64,000 nt of DNA from an uncultured Acidobacteriota bacterium (GCA_963713825.1 CAVQNG010000025.1:1-64000); one strand, 5' to 3'. Shown: positions 25,449 through 35,877, counted from the first letter of the stretch. Notes: generated from the sequence alone by a model not told the origin. Numbers and translations: made by a program.

Positions 25449-27149
25449 ATGCGACGCTTGACCTTGACTGTTCTTCTTGCCCTTGGAGCTGGGCTTCTAG
25501 ATCCAGCGATTGAAGGGGCCTCGTTCCCGGCGGTACGGGGTCATGGTGGTGCAGTGGCATCGGCGGAGCCGGCTTCGACCGAGGTCGGGCTCGAGATCCT
25601 GCGCGCCGGTGGCAATGCCGTCGACGCGGCCGTGGCGACTGCCCTCGCGCTGGCTGTTGTGCATCCGCAGGCTGGCAACCTGGGCGGCGGCGGATTCGCC
25701 GTCGTCCGGATGGAAGGCCAGCTGACGAGCCTGGACTTCCGGGAGGTAGCGCCCGCCGCAGCCACCCGGGAGATGTATTTGGATGCCGAAGGTCGGCCGG
25801 TGAAGGACGCCTCCATCTTCGGACCGCTGGCCGCGGGTGTGCCGGGATCACCGATTGGGCTATACGAGCTCCACCAACGCTACGGTGCTCTCCCATGGCC
25901 CCAGGTGGTCAGGCCAGCCCGGCTGCTGGCCTCCGACGGTTTCCAGGTCACGACTCGGCTTCGCGAGTCCCTGGCCGAGGAGCAGGAGACTCTCGAGCGC
26001 TTTCCCGAGACAGCGGCGGTGTGGCTGCCGGACGGTCGACCACCAGCTGTCGGCAGTCGAATGCGTCTGCCAGCCCTTGCGGCTGCGCTCGAAGCCTATG
26101 CCGAGCAGGGTCCACGGGCGCTGACCGAGGGACCGATCGCCGAGGCCATCGAAAGGGCTTCGAAGGCGCACGGTGGTCTTCTGCGGGTGTCCGATCTCCA
26201 GAGTTACATGGCGGTCTGGCGGCGACCGCTGGAATTCAGTGCGTTCGGGTGGAAGATGGCGGCGATGGACCTTCCCGCCTCCGGAGGGATCATCGTGGCG
26301 CAGACCCTGGACCTGCTGGAGAGTCTCGGCTGGAGCGAGTTGTCCCGCTTCGGTGCCGACCGGGCGCATCTGCTGGCCGAGGTGTGGCGCCGCTCCTATG
26401 CCGATCGATTCCTCATGGGGGATCCGAGGAGCTCCGAGGCCGACTCGCAAGGCCTGCTGGCCCCCGAGTGGCTCGCCTATCGGCGATCGACAATTCAGAT
26501 GGACAAGGCATCGCTGTCCGCCGACATCGCCCGCCTCCCCGCCTCCCCGCCTGCCGAGAGCCCGGACACCACCCACGTGGCGGTGGCCGATGCCGCCGGG
26601 AATCTGGTGACGCTGACCACGACCCTCAACGACACCTTCGGTTGCAGGCTTCTGGTTCCGGAGGCCGGCTTCCTGCTCAACAACGAGATGGACGACTTCG
26701 CCGCCGCGCCGGGCCGCCCGAACATGTTCGGGTTGGTCCAGGGCGAAGCGAATGCTGTGCGGCCTGGTCACCGGATGCTGTCCTCTATGACACCGACCCT
26801 CGCCTGGCGCGGGGAGGAGGCTGTCTCTTTGGGAGGTCGCGGAGGCTCTCGCATCCCCACGGCCGTAGCTCAAGTCCTGCTCCATCTATTGGTGGATGGC
26901 GACCCGCTGCAGACCGCCATCGATAGGCCGCGTCTGCACCACCAATGGCTTCCCAACGTGCTTCGGGCTGAAGCGGACGCCCTGAGCCCTGAGACCATAG
27001 AGGAGCTCTCGAGACGAGGGCACGAGGTCGATATCTGGACCAAGGACGCCAAGGTGAACGCCGTCCGAGCTCTCGAAGATGGCACCTTCGAGGCCGCCGC
27101 CGACCCCCGTGGCCCCGGCGCCGCCGGAGTTGTCAATTCGATTCACTGA
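25449..27149 (+). CDS. ggt: Gamma-glutamyltransferase
   Basis: 'GGNAVDAAVA', 'LGGGGF', 'DFRE.AP', catalytic 'TTH', 'LNNEMDDF', 'SSMTP'. Confidence 0.95.
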   Translation: MRRLTLTVLLALGAGLLDPAIEGASFPAVRGHGGAVASAEPASTEVGLEILRAGGNAVDAAVATALALAVVHPQAGNLGGGGFAVVRMEGQLTSLDFREVAPAAATREMYLDAEGRPVKDASIFGPLAAGVPGSPIGLYELHQRYGALPWPQVVRPARLLASDGFQVTTRLRESLAEEQETLERFPETAAVWLPDGRPPAVGSRMRLPALAAALEAYAEQGPRALTEGPIAEAIERASKAHGGLLRVSDLQSYMAVWRRPLEFSAFGWKMAAMDLPASGGIIVAQTLDLLESLGWSELSRFGADRAHLLAEVWRRSYADRFLMGDPRSSEADSQGLLAPEWLAYRRSTIQMDKASLSADIARLPASPPAESPDTTHVAVADAAGNLVTLTTTLNDTFGCRLLVPEAGFLLNNEMDDFAAAPGRPNMFGLVQGEANAVRPGHRMLSSMTPTLAWRGEEAVSLGGRGGSRIPTAVAQVLLHLLVDGDPLQTAIDRPRLHHQWLPNVLRAEADALSPETIEELSRRGHEVDIWTKDAKVNAVRALEDGTFEAAADPRGPGAAGVVNSIH

Positions 27150-27195
27150 CAGTTGGGGCCTCTCGCCCACAGGTGTCCTGAGCATGGGACCGATA

Positions 27196-27668
27196 TCTCG
27201 TAGAGGTCCGTCCGGGTGGCCCGCAGGCGGACGGCGTCGGCTACTCAGACTGCAACGGGGGGCCGCCACCTCGTCTCGTCTTCGCGCCCCATCTCCTGTG
27301 CCCTATCGTGGACCTTGCGCTGCGCTCGACTCGGCGCCCCCTGTCGAACCACCCGAACGAACCTCCAGGGACCAACAGAGGCAATGGGGCAGTGAGGCAG
27401 TGGGGCGTTGAAGGCGTCGGGGCTTAGGGGCGACTCCAGGACCAGAGTCTTGATCCACCTCGATGGTCATCAATGCAGTCAGCGGTGCAAGGCCGCGTTC
27501 GAGGTCTCCAGCTGGAGGCCCAGGACGACGGGGGAGAGCCTCGTGCGTGGCCCAGTACCACCAACGTTCAAGGTCCCAAGCCCTCAAAGATCAGCCGAAG
27601 GTACGCCGGATGCTTCAACCCCCAAGCCCCCAAAGGTCGGCGGGAGGTACGACAGCCACCTCAACCCC
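27196..27668 (-). repeat. ~470-bp dispersed structured non-coding element, copy 1
   Basis: Reverse complement aligns by eye with 37420-37879 (tandem unit, patchy middle, strongly conserved ~165-bp hairpin block). Confidence 0.8.
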
Positions 27669-28737
27669 TGCGCAGGCTTTGTCGCCTGCGCAGTTGGCCG
27701 CAGGCGGCGTCCTCTTCCAGGCCGCGACTGCGCCGGAGATGAGCGTTGACGCCCTGGCGCCGAAGTGCCGCCAGGAAATCGTGTGCCTGGAAGTCGGTGG
27801 GCCGGTCGAAAGGTAGGCTCTCGACCGGGTTGTACATCAGCAGGTTGACATGCGCCCGAAGTCGCTTGGCGATCGCCGCCAGCTGAGCCGCATGTTCGGA
27901 ACCGTCGTTGGTCCCAGCCAGCAAGCAATACTCCAGGGTCACCTCTCGGCCGGTCTTCTGGAAGTAGATCTCGCAGGCCTGGAGAAGTCTCTCCAGAGGC
28001 ACTCCTCGGGCCCAGGGGATCAGGTCGCGGCGCAGCTCGTCGTTGGGCGCGTGCAGGCTCAGAGCGAGCGTGATCTGGAGTCCTTCCCCAGCGAGGCGCT
28101 CGATCTGCGTAGGCAGGCCGACGGTGCTCACCGTGATGCGGCGCTGGCCAATCCCCAGCCCCCCCTCGGCGTTGAGATGGCGCACAGCGGCGACGGTGAC
28201 GTCGTAGTTGGCCAGGGGCTCGCCCATGCCCATGAAGACGATGTGGCTCGGTCTCTCCCCCTTCTCCTGGAGCTGCATCGCCACGCGGAGCGCCTGCTCC
28301 ACCACCTCTCCGACAGTGAGATCGCGTTGGGAACCTCCGATACCGCTGGCGCAAAATCGGCAGCCCACATCGCAGCCGACCTGCGTGCTGAGACAGACGG
28401 TTCGTCGCGGCCGCCCTCGACCGGCGGAGCCACGATCCTCGGTGGGGATCATCACGGTCTCGGTCGTCACTCCGTCGGGCCACTGCAACAGAGTCTTGGT
28501 GGTGCTGTCGGGAGCCTTCGAGTGGGCGAGCTGCCGTGCGCCGAGAATCGAAAAGGTATCGTCGAGTCTCTCCCGCAGCGCGGCCGGAAGATCGGTCATG
28601 GCCGAGAAGGCGGTCACCTGGCGCTCGAAGACCCAATCGAGAATCTGCCGGGCCCGGTAGGTCGGCTCGCCAAGCCTCGTCAGCTCCTCTTCGAGTTGGT
28701 GAAGTGAGAGATCCAGCAGGTGCTGCTTCGGGGACAT
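27661..28737 (-). CDS. rlmN: 23S rRNA m2A2503 / tRNA radical SAM methyltransferase
   Basis: 'CLSTQVGCDVGCRFCASG', 'FMGMGEPLAN', 'LSLHAP', 'AACGQL'. Confidence 0.96.
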   Translation of the reverse strand: MSPKQHLLDLSLHQLEEELTRLGEPTYRARQILDWVFERQVTAFSAMTDLPAALRERLDDTFSILGARQLAHSKAPDSTTKTLLQWPDGVTTETVMIPTEDRGSAGRGRPRRTVCLSTQVGCDVGCRFCASGIGGSQRDLTVGEVVEQALRVAMQLQEKGERPSHIVFMGMGEPLANYDVTVAAVRHLNAEGGLGIGQRRITVSTVGLPTQIERLAGEGLQITLALSLHAPNDELRRDLIPWARGVPLERLLQACEIYFQKTGREVTLEYCLLAGTNDGSEHAAQLAAIAKRLRAHVNLLMYNPVESLPFDRPTDFQAHDFLAALRRQGVNAHLRRSRGLEEDAACGQLRRRQSLRRG

Positions 28738-28827
28738 GGCGGAAGTATACGGCTCTACCCGACACCGTTGTCGAAAACGGGTGACAGGTCGAGGATGCAA
28801 CCCACGAGCGCGGCTTTCAGCCTCGGC

Positions 28828-29208
28828 TCATTCTTCGGAGCGGCCGGCGGGGCTCGGCAGGCCCTCCTGGATTCGATCTTTGGACAGCCAACGACCCTGG
28901 AGCACGACGCCGGCGACACTGCGGATGTTGCTGATGTCGGTAAGGGGGTTGGCCTCCAATAACACCAGTTTGGCCCTCTTGCCGATCTGAACCGTTCCCG
29001 CTTCGTCGATTTCCTCCAGGCACTCGAAGAGATGGGTGGCAGACGTCTTCAGGGCCTCATACGGCGTCATTCCTACGCCGACCAACTCCTCCTCCAGCTC
29101 ACGGTGCAGAACGAAAGTGGGGACCAGGACCGGAAGGCCGGTATGAATGGCCTGCCCCACCCTGCCCGAGCTCTCTGAATGAACTGCTTTCTGGGGGTAG
29201 GGACACAT
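28828..29208 (-). pseudogene. C-terminal remnant of a metal-dependent amidohydrolase
   Basis: 'LHRELE..V..GMTPYEAL..AT', 'GT...GK.A.LVLLEANPL.DI.N...V..V...GR'; the N-terminal catalytic part is absent. Confidence 0.7.
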
Positions 29209-29243
29209 GACTGACCAGTCTCGCGTTCTCTTTTCCGTGATTG

Positions 29244-29264
29244 AGCAAGGATATGATCCTTGCT
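29244..29264. promoter_or_regulatory. Putative TA autoregulatory operator AGCAAGGAT-N3-ATCCTTGCT
   Basis: Perfect 9-bp inverted repeat 11 bp upstream of the antitoxin ATG. Confidence 0.7.
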
Positions 29265-29275
29265 AGGACAAGGGC

Positions 29276-29569
29276 ATGTCCAAGGTCACCTCCAAACTGC
29301 AAGTCACCATCCCCAAGGCGATTGCGGAACAGTACGGCATCAAGCCGGGAGACGAGATCGAGTTTCGGCCGGCTGGCCAGAGCATTCGCATCATCACACC
29401 CAGGGGTCGTACGGCAGGTCGACTCAGCCTCGAGGAGCGCTTGCGGCTGTTCGATGCCTCGATCGAAAGACAGCGAGAACGCGAGAAGCACATGAAGCTG
29501 CCATCAGAGCCGCGCGCGGAACGAGATTGGAAGAGAGAGGATCTCTACACCCGTGACAAATCTCGTTGA
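29276..29569 (+). CDS. AbrB/MazE/SpoVT-family antitoxin (VapB-like)
   Basis: 'KVTSKLQVTIPKAI...GIKPGD'; C-terminal 'WKREDLY'. Confidence 0.88.
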   Translation: MSKVTSKLQVTIPKAIAEQYGIKPGDEIEFRPAGQSIRIITPRGRTAGRLSLEERLRLFDASIERQREREKHMKLPSEPRAERDWKREDLYTRDKSR

Positions 29570-30038
29570 CACCAATGTGCTGGTCTACTGCTTCGACCCT
29601 CGATCTCCAGCCAAGCAGGCCATCGCTTGCGAAGTGGTGCGGCAGGGGCTCGCGAACAGGCAGCTAGTTCTCCCGCATCAGGCTACTGTCGAGTTCGTGG
29701 CTGCAACGACTCGGCCGCGCTCCGATTTGGGTGGTGCGCCCTTGCTCGCTCCTCAAGTAGCCTATCGCGAAGCCGAGGCCCTGCTGAGGAACTTCTCCGT
29801 CTTGTACCCGGATGAAGATGTATTGAACACAGCGCTTCGAGGTGTCTCTACACTCGGCCTCTCTTGGCTCGACGCCCATCTCTGGGCCTACGCGGAAGTG
29901 CATGGTCTCCCCGAAATCCTCTCCGAGGATTTCGAGCACGGCCGCCACTACGGTCGCGTCAGGGTTGTCGACCCGTTCCTCGTTGCTGCAGACGAGGTCC
30001 ACGAGCTGCCACCGATGTTCGACTCCGTCGAGTCCTGA
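29553..30038 (+). CDS. PIN-domain toxin (VapC-like)
   Basis: 'VDTNVLVY', 'E', 'SWLDA', 'SEDF.HG', 'DPF'; overlaps the antitoxin. Confidence 0.9.
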   Translation: MTNLVDTNVLVYCFDPRSPAKQAIACEVVRQGLANRQLVLPHQATVEFVAATTRPRSDLGGAPLLAPQVAYREAEALLRNFSVLYPDEDVLNTALRGVSTLGLSWLDAHLWAYAEVHGLPEILSEDFEHGRHYGRVRVVDPFLVAADEVHELPPMFDSVES

Positions 30039-30081
30039 CGGGTCGCTGCACGGGCGCTACTGGGAAGAGGAGTCTTGACCC

Positions 30082-30360
30082 CTAGCCGGCGGCCAGGGCG
30101 GTGCCGACTCCCACCATGCCCATCACCAGGAGGATGGGAATGCCGAACAGGAAGAGGAGCACCAGGGCGATCGGAGCCACCGCGATGCCGATCACGACCA
30201 GGATCGCCAACAGGAAGAACTTGAGCACACCGAACAGGAGGGCCAACGGCAGGAGCAGGACCTTGAAGACAAGCTTGAGTAGCAGGCCGACCAAGAACAG
30301 GCTGCCGAGAACGACCGTTCCGACGACCAGGACTCCGAACAACGCGAGAAGCTCCAGCAT
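30082..30360 (-). CDS. Small hydrophobic membrane protein
   Basis: Almost entirely hydrophobic; RBS GGAGG upstream of the ATG. Confidence 0.65.
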   Translation of the reverse strand: MLELLALFGVLVVGTVVLGSLFLVGLLLKLVFKVLLLPLALLFGVLKFFLLAILVVIGIAVAPIALVLLFLFGIPILLVMGMVGVGTALAAG

Positions 30361-30381
30361 GGGACTTACCTCCATCCCACA

Positions 30382-32235
30382 CTACGCCGGAACGACCCTG
30401 CGGGTTTCAAGAGTGGTGGAGTCCAACCTGGCGGGTATCCACCCCCGGACCGAGTTGATGAGGAAGATTTCTGTCGCTCTGGGTACGTCGTCCACTCGCA
30501 AGACTTCCTCGCTGATGGTTCCCTTTTCGAGGAGCTCCTCGCGAAGTGTCCCAGGCAGGAGCCCCGAGTCGAGGGCAGGAGTGAGCAGCTCGCCATCGAG
30601 GCGTAGGACGAGATTCGCGATGGAGGTCTCGGTGATCTCCCCTTCTTCGTTCCACAGCACCACGTCGTCGTGGTTGGGGAAGTCCCGCCTGCATCGGTCG
30701 TAGACCTCGCGATGGGTCGTCTTGTGGAACAGGAAGCGGTTGGACCGGTCGATTGGCTCTCTGGCGAGCGCCAGCCTCCAGGTGCGGTGGTCGTCGGTCA
30801 GGGGCTCGACCCTGATCTCGACCTCCCCGGCGGAGTCGACGAGGAGACGGACCCGATGCGCCTCCCGGGGCCAGCCCTCGGAGGCCTCATGCAGTCGGCC
30901 GTCTAGGGGCCCGAGCTCGGGCCTGAAGTCGAAGTACTCCGCCGACCGAGCCAAGCGCAACAGATGGCGCTGCAAGAGGCTGAAGCCCTCCTCCGGACCC
31001 CATCGGATCGTTTCCAGCAACCGAAACGTCGGAGGTGGTGGTGCGAGCACGAGTGACTTGGTGAGCGCTTCCCTCCATTCCTCGTCGGCCACGGACTCGG
31101 CGACGATGCCGCCACCGGTGCCGTAGCGAGCGACGCCGGCCTGTCGATCGACCTGGACGGTGCGGATGGCGACATTGAATCGGGCCTTTCGCCCCGGTGC
31201 CGCGTAGCCGATGGCTCCGGTGTAGACGCCGCGGGGGTGCGTCTCGAGCTCGGCGATGATCTCCATGGCGCGGAGCTTGGGAGCGCCGGTGATCGAGGCG
31301 CATGGGAAGAGGGCCTGGAAGATCTCGGAGAGCGGTGCCAGGGTGCGGGCTTCGACCTTCGAGGTGAGTTGGAATAGCGACGGGTATTTCTCCAGCTGCC
31401 AAAGGTCGGTGACCCGAACGCTGCCGGCTGCAGCGATGCGGCCGAGATCGTGGCGCATCATGTCGACGATCATGACGTTTTCGGCGCGGTTCTTCGGCGA
31501 AGCCCGAAGCCACGCTGCCGATCGCTCGTCCTCCTCGAGAGTCCTTCCCCTGGGCGCGGTGCCTTTCATCGGCCGACTCACGATCCGGTCTGCTTCGAGC
31601 CGGAAGAACAGCTCGGGGGAGGCGGAGCAGAGTGCCCACCTGCCGATGTCCACGAAAGCACAGCACTTCGACTGCTGACCGCGAACCAGTGAAGCGAAGA
31701 GTGTCCAGGCGTCCCCTTCGAACGAAGCTTCGAGAGGAAACGTGTAGTTGATCTGGTAGGTATCTCCGCGGGAGATCGCCCGATGAATCGATTCGACGGC
31801 TCGCCGGTGGCTTTCCTCGGCCTGGGTAGGTTGCCACGTCATCGCTAGATCGCTGCTCGGTGGCGAGTGTTTCGGCGGCTCGATGACCTCGGGCTTCTCG
31901 TAGAGACCGAACCAGACAAGAGGCAGCTCGGTGGCTGGCCTGACGCGCATCGCGGCGTCGAAGGCCGGTGCAGCCTCGTAGCTGAGGAAACCGGCGGCAA
32001 AGAGACCCCGCGCGGCGGCCGAGTCGATCTCCTGCAAGATGGGTAACACGTCGACTGGCTCATTGCCGACGAGCGTCGTCACTGGATTGCTGAAGCTCAG
32101 CCACTCCACGGAGTCGCCGAGAGGAGCCTGCAGGACGATGAGAGGAGCATCTCCCATGGTGGGATGAGCGGTGAGAGCCTCGCTGGATGACTGCTCTTCG
32201 ACCAGAGTGGGTTGGGTTAGACTCGGGCGATCCAC
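30382..32235 (-). CDS. pabB: Aminodeoxychorismate synthase component I fused to aminotransferase class IV (ADC lyase-like)
   Basis: 'GDTYQINYT', 'SPELFF', 'PMKGT', 'AENVMIVD', 'SITGAPK'; C-terminal 'HKTT.R', 'GLLPGTLR'; start may be 32157. Confidence 0.9.
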   Translation of the reverse strand: MDRPSLTQPTLVEEQSSSEALTAHPTMGDAPLIVLQAPLGDSVEWLSFSNPVTTLVGNEPVDVLPILQEIDSAAARGLFAAGFLSYEAAPAFDAAMRVRPATELPLVWFGLYEKPEVIEPPKHSPPSSDLAMTWQPTQAEESHRRAVESIHRAISRGDTYQINYTFPLEASFEGDAWTLFASLVRGQQSKCCAFVDIGRWALCSASPELFFRLEADRIVSRPMKGTAPRGRTLEEDERSAAWLRASPKNRAENVMIVDMMRHDLGRIAAAGSVRVTDLWQLEKYPSLFQLTSKVEARTLAPLSEIFQALFPCASITGAPKLRAMEIIAELETHPRGVYTGAIGYAAPGRKARFNVAIRTVQVDRQAGVARYGTGGGIVAESVADEEWREALTKSLVLAPPPPTFRLLETIRWGPEEGFSLLQRHLLRLARSAEYFDFRPELGPLDGRLHEASEGWPREAHRVRLLVDSAGEVEIRVEPLTDDHRTWRLALAREPIDRSNRFLFHKTTHREVYDRCRRDFPNHDDVVLWNEEGEITETSIANLVLRLDGELLTPALDSGLLPGTLREELLEKGTISEEVLRVDDVPRATEIFLINSVRGWIPARLDSTTLETRRVVPA

Positions 32236-32252
32236 CGACGGGAGTCCTACCC

Positions 32253-32816
32253 ATGCCCAGAATCACACGAGTCTATACGCGAACCGGCGACGACGGCACC
32301 ACGGGCCTCGGAGGAGGTCAGCGAGTCGGCAAGGACTCGCCTCGCATTGCCGCCTATGGGACGGTCGACGAGCTCAACGCGCAGATCGGCATGGCGATCG
32401 CCGCCGGTCTCGAGGCGGAGCTCGCAGGCGAGCTCGAGAGAATCCAGAACGAGCTCTTCCATCTGGGCTCCGACCTCTGCTTCCTGGAAGAAGACAAGCA
32501 AAGCACGGCCTTGCCCGGTATCGAAGAGCACCACATCACGAGCCTGGAAGAGCTCATGGACCGTCTGTCGGCCGGGCTGCCGCCGTTGGAGAATTTCGTG
32601 CTCCCTGGTGGCTCACCGGGTGCTGCAAGGCTGCATGTGGCGCGCACTTGCTGTCGTCGTGCCGAGCGAGAGCTGGTCCAGCTGGCCGGGGAGGAGAGGG
32701 TCGGAGCCTACACCTTGCGCTACTTGAACCGACTGTCGGACGCGCTGTTCGTGATGGCCCGCTACGAGAATGCCCGTAAGGGAATCCAGGAGCCGACCTG
32801 GGACAGCCGAGCCTGA
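32253..32816 (+). CDS. PduO-type ATP:cob(I)alamin adenosyltransferase
   Basis: '[11 protein letters not shown]', 'YGTVDELN', 'RRAER', 'YLNRLSD'. Confidence 0.93.
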   Translation: MPRITRVYTRTGDDGTTGLGGGQRVGKDSPRIAAYGTVDELNAQIGMAIAAGLEAELAGELERIQNELFHLGSDLCFLEEDKQSTALPGIEEHHITSLEELMDRLSAGLPPLENFVLPGGSPGAARLHVARTCCRRAERELVQLAGEERVGAYTLRYLNRLSDALFVMARYENARKGIQEPTWDSRA

Positions 32817-32869
32817 AGCCCGACACGTCAAGACACAGACTTTGGTTCTGAAAGAAGGCGAGCGACGGC

Positions 32870-34582
32870 CTAGAGTATCGTCTCTCGCATGACCTCTTCG
32901 ATGGTCGTCACGCCGTCGCGGATCTTCTGGAGCCCGCTGGTTCGTAGGCTGATCATGCCGTTCGACAGCGCCTGTTGGCGCAACTCGTTGGCACTGCCAC
33001 CCGACAGAATCAACTCGCGAACGTCTTCGTCCACGTCCATCACCTCATAGAGGGCGACCCTGCCTTTGAATCCGGTACCGCTGCAGCGTTCGCACCCGCG
33101 GCCCCTGAAAGGCTTGACGGTCTTGGATTCCTGTTGGGAGAACCCCAGATCTACGAGTGCCTGCTCTGGGACCTCGTAAGCCTCCTTGCAGCTGGCACAG
33201 ACTCGGCGCACCAGACGCTGGGCAGCGATCAGATTTACAGAGCTCGCCACCAGGAAGGGCTCGATGCCCATGTTCATCATCCGGTTGATCGAGGATGGTG
33301 CGTCGTTGGTGTGCAGAGTGGAAAGCACGAGATGCCCTGTCAGAGCGGCTTTGATCGCCACCTCGGCGGTTTCGAAGTCGCGGATCTCACCCACCAGAAT
33401 GATGTTGGGATCTTGTCGCAGGAAGGAGCGCAGAGCGGCGGCGAAGTTGAGCCCGATCTGGTCCTTCATCTGGACCTGATTCACGCCGACCAGGTTGAAC
33501 TCCACCGGATCCTCGGCGGTCATGATGTTGGTCTCGGGCGTATTGATTCGGGACAGCGCCGAGTAGAGGGTATTGGTCTTTCCCGAGCCGGTCGGTCCGG
33601 TTACCAGCACCATGCCGAAGGGCTTCAGGATGGCTTGCTCGAAGCGGCGCAGAGAGGACGACTCGAACCCCAGCTTCGTCATGTCGAGCATCAAGTTGTC
33701 TTTGTCGAGAAGCCGAAGAACGATCTTCTCGCCGAAGATCGTCGGCAGGGAAGAAACACGAAAATCGAGATCCTTTACCTTGCCGCCGACACGAGTCTTG
33801 ATCTTGATCCGCCCGTCCTGCGGCAAGCGCTTTTCAGCGATGTCCAGCTTCGCCATGATCTTCATGCGACTGGTGATCGCCTCGCGTAGCCGTAGGGGCG
33901 GACGCATCATCTCGTACAGCAGTCCATCGATCCTGTAGCGGACCCGGAATTCCTTCTCGTAGGGCTCGATATGGATATCGGAGGCATCCCGTTTGATGGC
34001 GTCGGTCAGGATGATGTTGACGAGGCGAACGACCGGCGCCTCCTCGGACTCCTGCTCCAGGGCCTCGAGATCGATGTCCTCTTCTTCGTCGAGGACTTCG
34101 AGGTCCGTGTCCTCGTTCTCCTCGAGGTCCTCCATGACCTTCTTGAGCTCGATCGAGTGCGTGCTGCCGTAGTACTGATCGATCGCTCCGCGCAACGTCG
34201 AGTCCGAAGCCACGACAGGCTCGACGTTGTAGCCGGTCATGAACTTCACGTCGTCCATGGCGAAGACGTTGGTCGGGTCGACCATGGCGATGGTCAGCTT
34301 GGCCCCCGCCTTGGAAACAGGAAGGATGGTGTACTTGCGAGCGACCTCGGCTGGAATGATGCTGATGATGCTGTCGTCGACCTCGATCTCGCTCAGATTG
34401 ATGGCCGGGACTCCGTAGCGCTGTGAGAGGAACTCCACCAACTCCTCGTCGTCGATGAAGCCCATCTTGACGAGGTGGGAGCCGACACGTCCGCCCTGGC
34501 TCTGCTGAGCGGCCAGCGCTTGATTGAGCTGCTCCTCCGTAACTTTGCCGGCTTGTTGAAGAAGCTCGCCGAGGCGTGTCAT
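32870..34582 (-). CDS. pilB: Type IV-A pilus assembly ATPase
   Basis: 'RLGELL', 'ASDIHIEP', 'PQDGR', 'GPTGSGKT', 'LRQDP', 'GEIRD', 'STLHTN', Zn-binding CxxC pairs. Confidence 0.93.
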   Translation of the reverse strand: MTRLGELLQQAGKVTEEQLNQALAAQQSQGGRVGSHLVKMGFIDDEELVEFLSQRYGVPAINLSEIEVDDSIISIIPAEVARKYTILPVSKAGAKLTIAMVDPTNVFAMDDVKFMTGYNVEPVVASDSTLRGAIDQYYGSTHSIELKKVMEDLEENEDTDLEVLDEEEDIDLEALEQESEEAPVVRLVNIILTDAIKRDASDIHIEPYEKEFRVRYRIDGLLYEMMRPPLRLREAITSRMKIMAKLDIAEKRLPQDGRIKIKTRVGGKVKDLDFRVSSLPTIFGEKIVLRLLDKDNLMLDMTKLGFESSSLRRFEQAILKPFGMVLVTGPTGSGKTNTLYSALSRINTPETNIMTAEDPVEFNLVGVNQVQMKDQIGLNFAAALRSFLRQDPNIILVGEIRDFETAEVAIKAALTGHLVLSTLHTNDAPSSINRMMNMGIEPFLVASSVNLIAAQRLVRRVCASCKEAYEVPEQALVDLGFSQQESKTVKPFRGRGCERCSGTGFKGRVALYEVMDVDEDVRELILSGGSANELRQQALSNGMISLRTSGLQKIRDGVTTIEEVMRETIL

Positions 34583-34819
34583 AGCGTTGTAACTCCGGTC
34601 TCCATATTCCGACAGTCGCCCTGGTTGCCGCATGTCGGCGGCGAGCGACGGACCATTACGGGAGTGTGCGTTCTCCCGCCAGGGGATTCACGGTGAGCGA
34701 GTGTAGCAACGGGCTCGAAAACGGGTCAATGGCATGCACCACAGAAGGTTTTGGGGCTTGGGGCCTGGGTCCTGGGGATCGTAGGGGAAAGCCTTGCGCC
34801 CTGCCGCTCTCTGGGGCCG

Positions 34820-35860
34820 CTATTTCTCGTCCTGTCGTTGGAGGAGGTAGCGGGCGCGCTCGACAATCTCTGCCGGCTGAAGATCCGTCAGGCAGAGTTT
34901 GGCTTCGTCGAATCTCTTGTGGCAGAAGCTGCAAGGCAGCAGTCGGCACAGCGCCGCCTCTCGGTCGCCATAGGGACCATTGGTCTCCGGAGCCGTGGGG
35001 CCCATGAGACAGAGAACCGGTGTCCCCAGGGCGTGGGCCAGGTGCAGTGGCCCTGTGTCGCCGCCGAGGACGAGATGCGAGCGACGTAGGAAGGTGCCCA
35101 GGTAGGGGAGAGTTGGGGCGATGAGCGCCTCGGCCGAGCCACAGCTGGTGGCAGCAACCTCCTCTGCCAGGTCTTCCTCACCCGGGCCGGCAGCGACCCA
35201 ACTCCGTAACCCGAGATCGCGGTCGAGGAGTTGGGCAACTTCGCCCCACAGTGCGGGTGGATAGCACTTGTTGCCCCAGCCGGCGCCAGGTTGGATGAGT
35301 GTCCTCGGGCCTTCTGTGGCGGCCGCTCTCTCGAGGGCTTCGACCGGCTCTTCTCGCAACAACTTGTCTCCTCCGAAGTCTGCCGGCTCGCAGGGCAGTT
35401 CGAGAGCGTCGAGCACCGCAAGAGCCCGGTCGACACTGTGCTCGCCGTGGGGAACGACGGGTTCGTTGATCCAAATGCCACTGGAGGGTTCGCGGCGGAA
35501 TTTCCCTGCCACCCCGACTCTGCGATCGGCCAGGGTGAGCGCCGCCAGGGCTCCCGCTTTGTGATTGCCCATCAGATCCAGCACCACTTCGGGGGCAAAC
35601 CTCTCGAGTCCGAAGAAGAAGTCGCGCATCGCTGCCCAGGTTCGTGGGCGGCTAAGCTGACGCCTCCAGGTTCGGAGACTGACTACCAGTAGCTCGTCGA
35701 GGTCGGGATGCCCTTCGAGCAGTGGCGCCATCGAGGACTCCACGACCCAGCCGAGCGTCGCGTGAGGCAGGTTGCGGCGCAGTGCAGTCAGCACCGGCAG
35801 GGCGTGGACAACGTCTCCCAGGGCGCTGGTACGTATGAGGAGGATTCTGCTGGGGGCCAA
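34820..35860 (-). CDS. waaC: LPS heptosyltransferase I-like (GT9)
   Basis: 'IRTSALGDVVHALP', 'W.VE', 'GGDTGPLHLA'. Confidence 0.75.
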   Translation of the reverse strand: MAPSRILLIRTSALGDVVHALPVLTALRRNLPHATLGWVVESSMAPLLEGHPDLDELLVVSLRTWRRQLSRPRTWAAMRDFFFGLERFAPEVVLDLMGNHKAGALAALTLADRRVGVAGKFRREPSSGIWINEPVVPHGEHSVDRALAVLDALELPCEPADFGGDKLLREEPVEALERAAATEGPRTLIQPGAGWGNKCYPPALWGEVAQLLDRDLGLRSWVAAGPGEEDLAEEVAATSCGSAEALIAPTLPYLGTFLRRSHLVLGGDTGPLHLAHALGTPVLCLMGPTAPETNGPYGDREAALCRLLPCSFCHKRFDEAKLCLTDLQPAEIVERARYLLQRQDEK

Positions 35861-35877
35861 AGAGCTGCCCCTACCTT

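Noticed and set aside
27303-27816. Short ORFs within the ggt-rlmN intergenic region
   Set aside because: They overlap the non-coding repeat, and no shared reading frame was evident in the second copy
30382-32235. PabB-PabC fusion as a novelty
   Set aside because: Known, widespread fusion
32160-32252. Cobalamin riboswitch upstream of pduO
   Set aside because: Insufficient intergenic space and no B12-box motif seen
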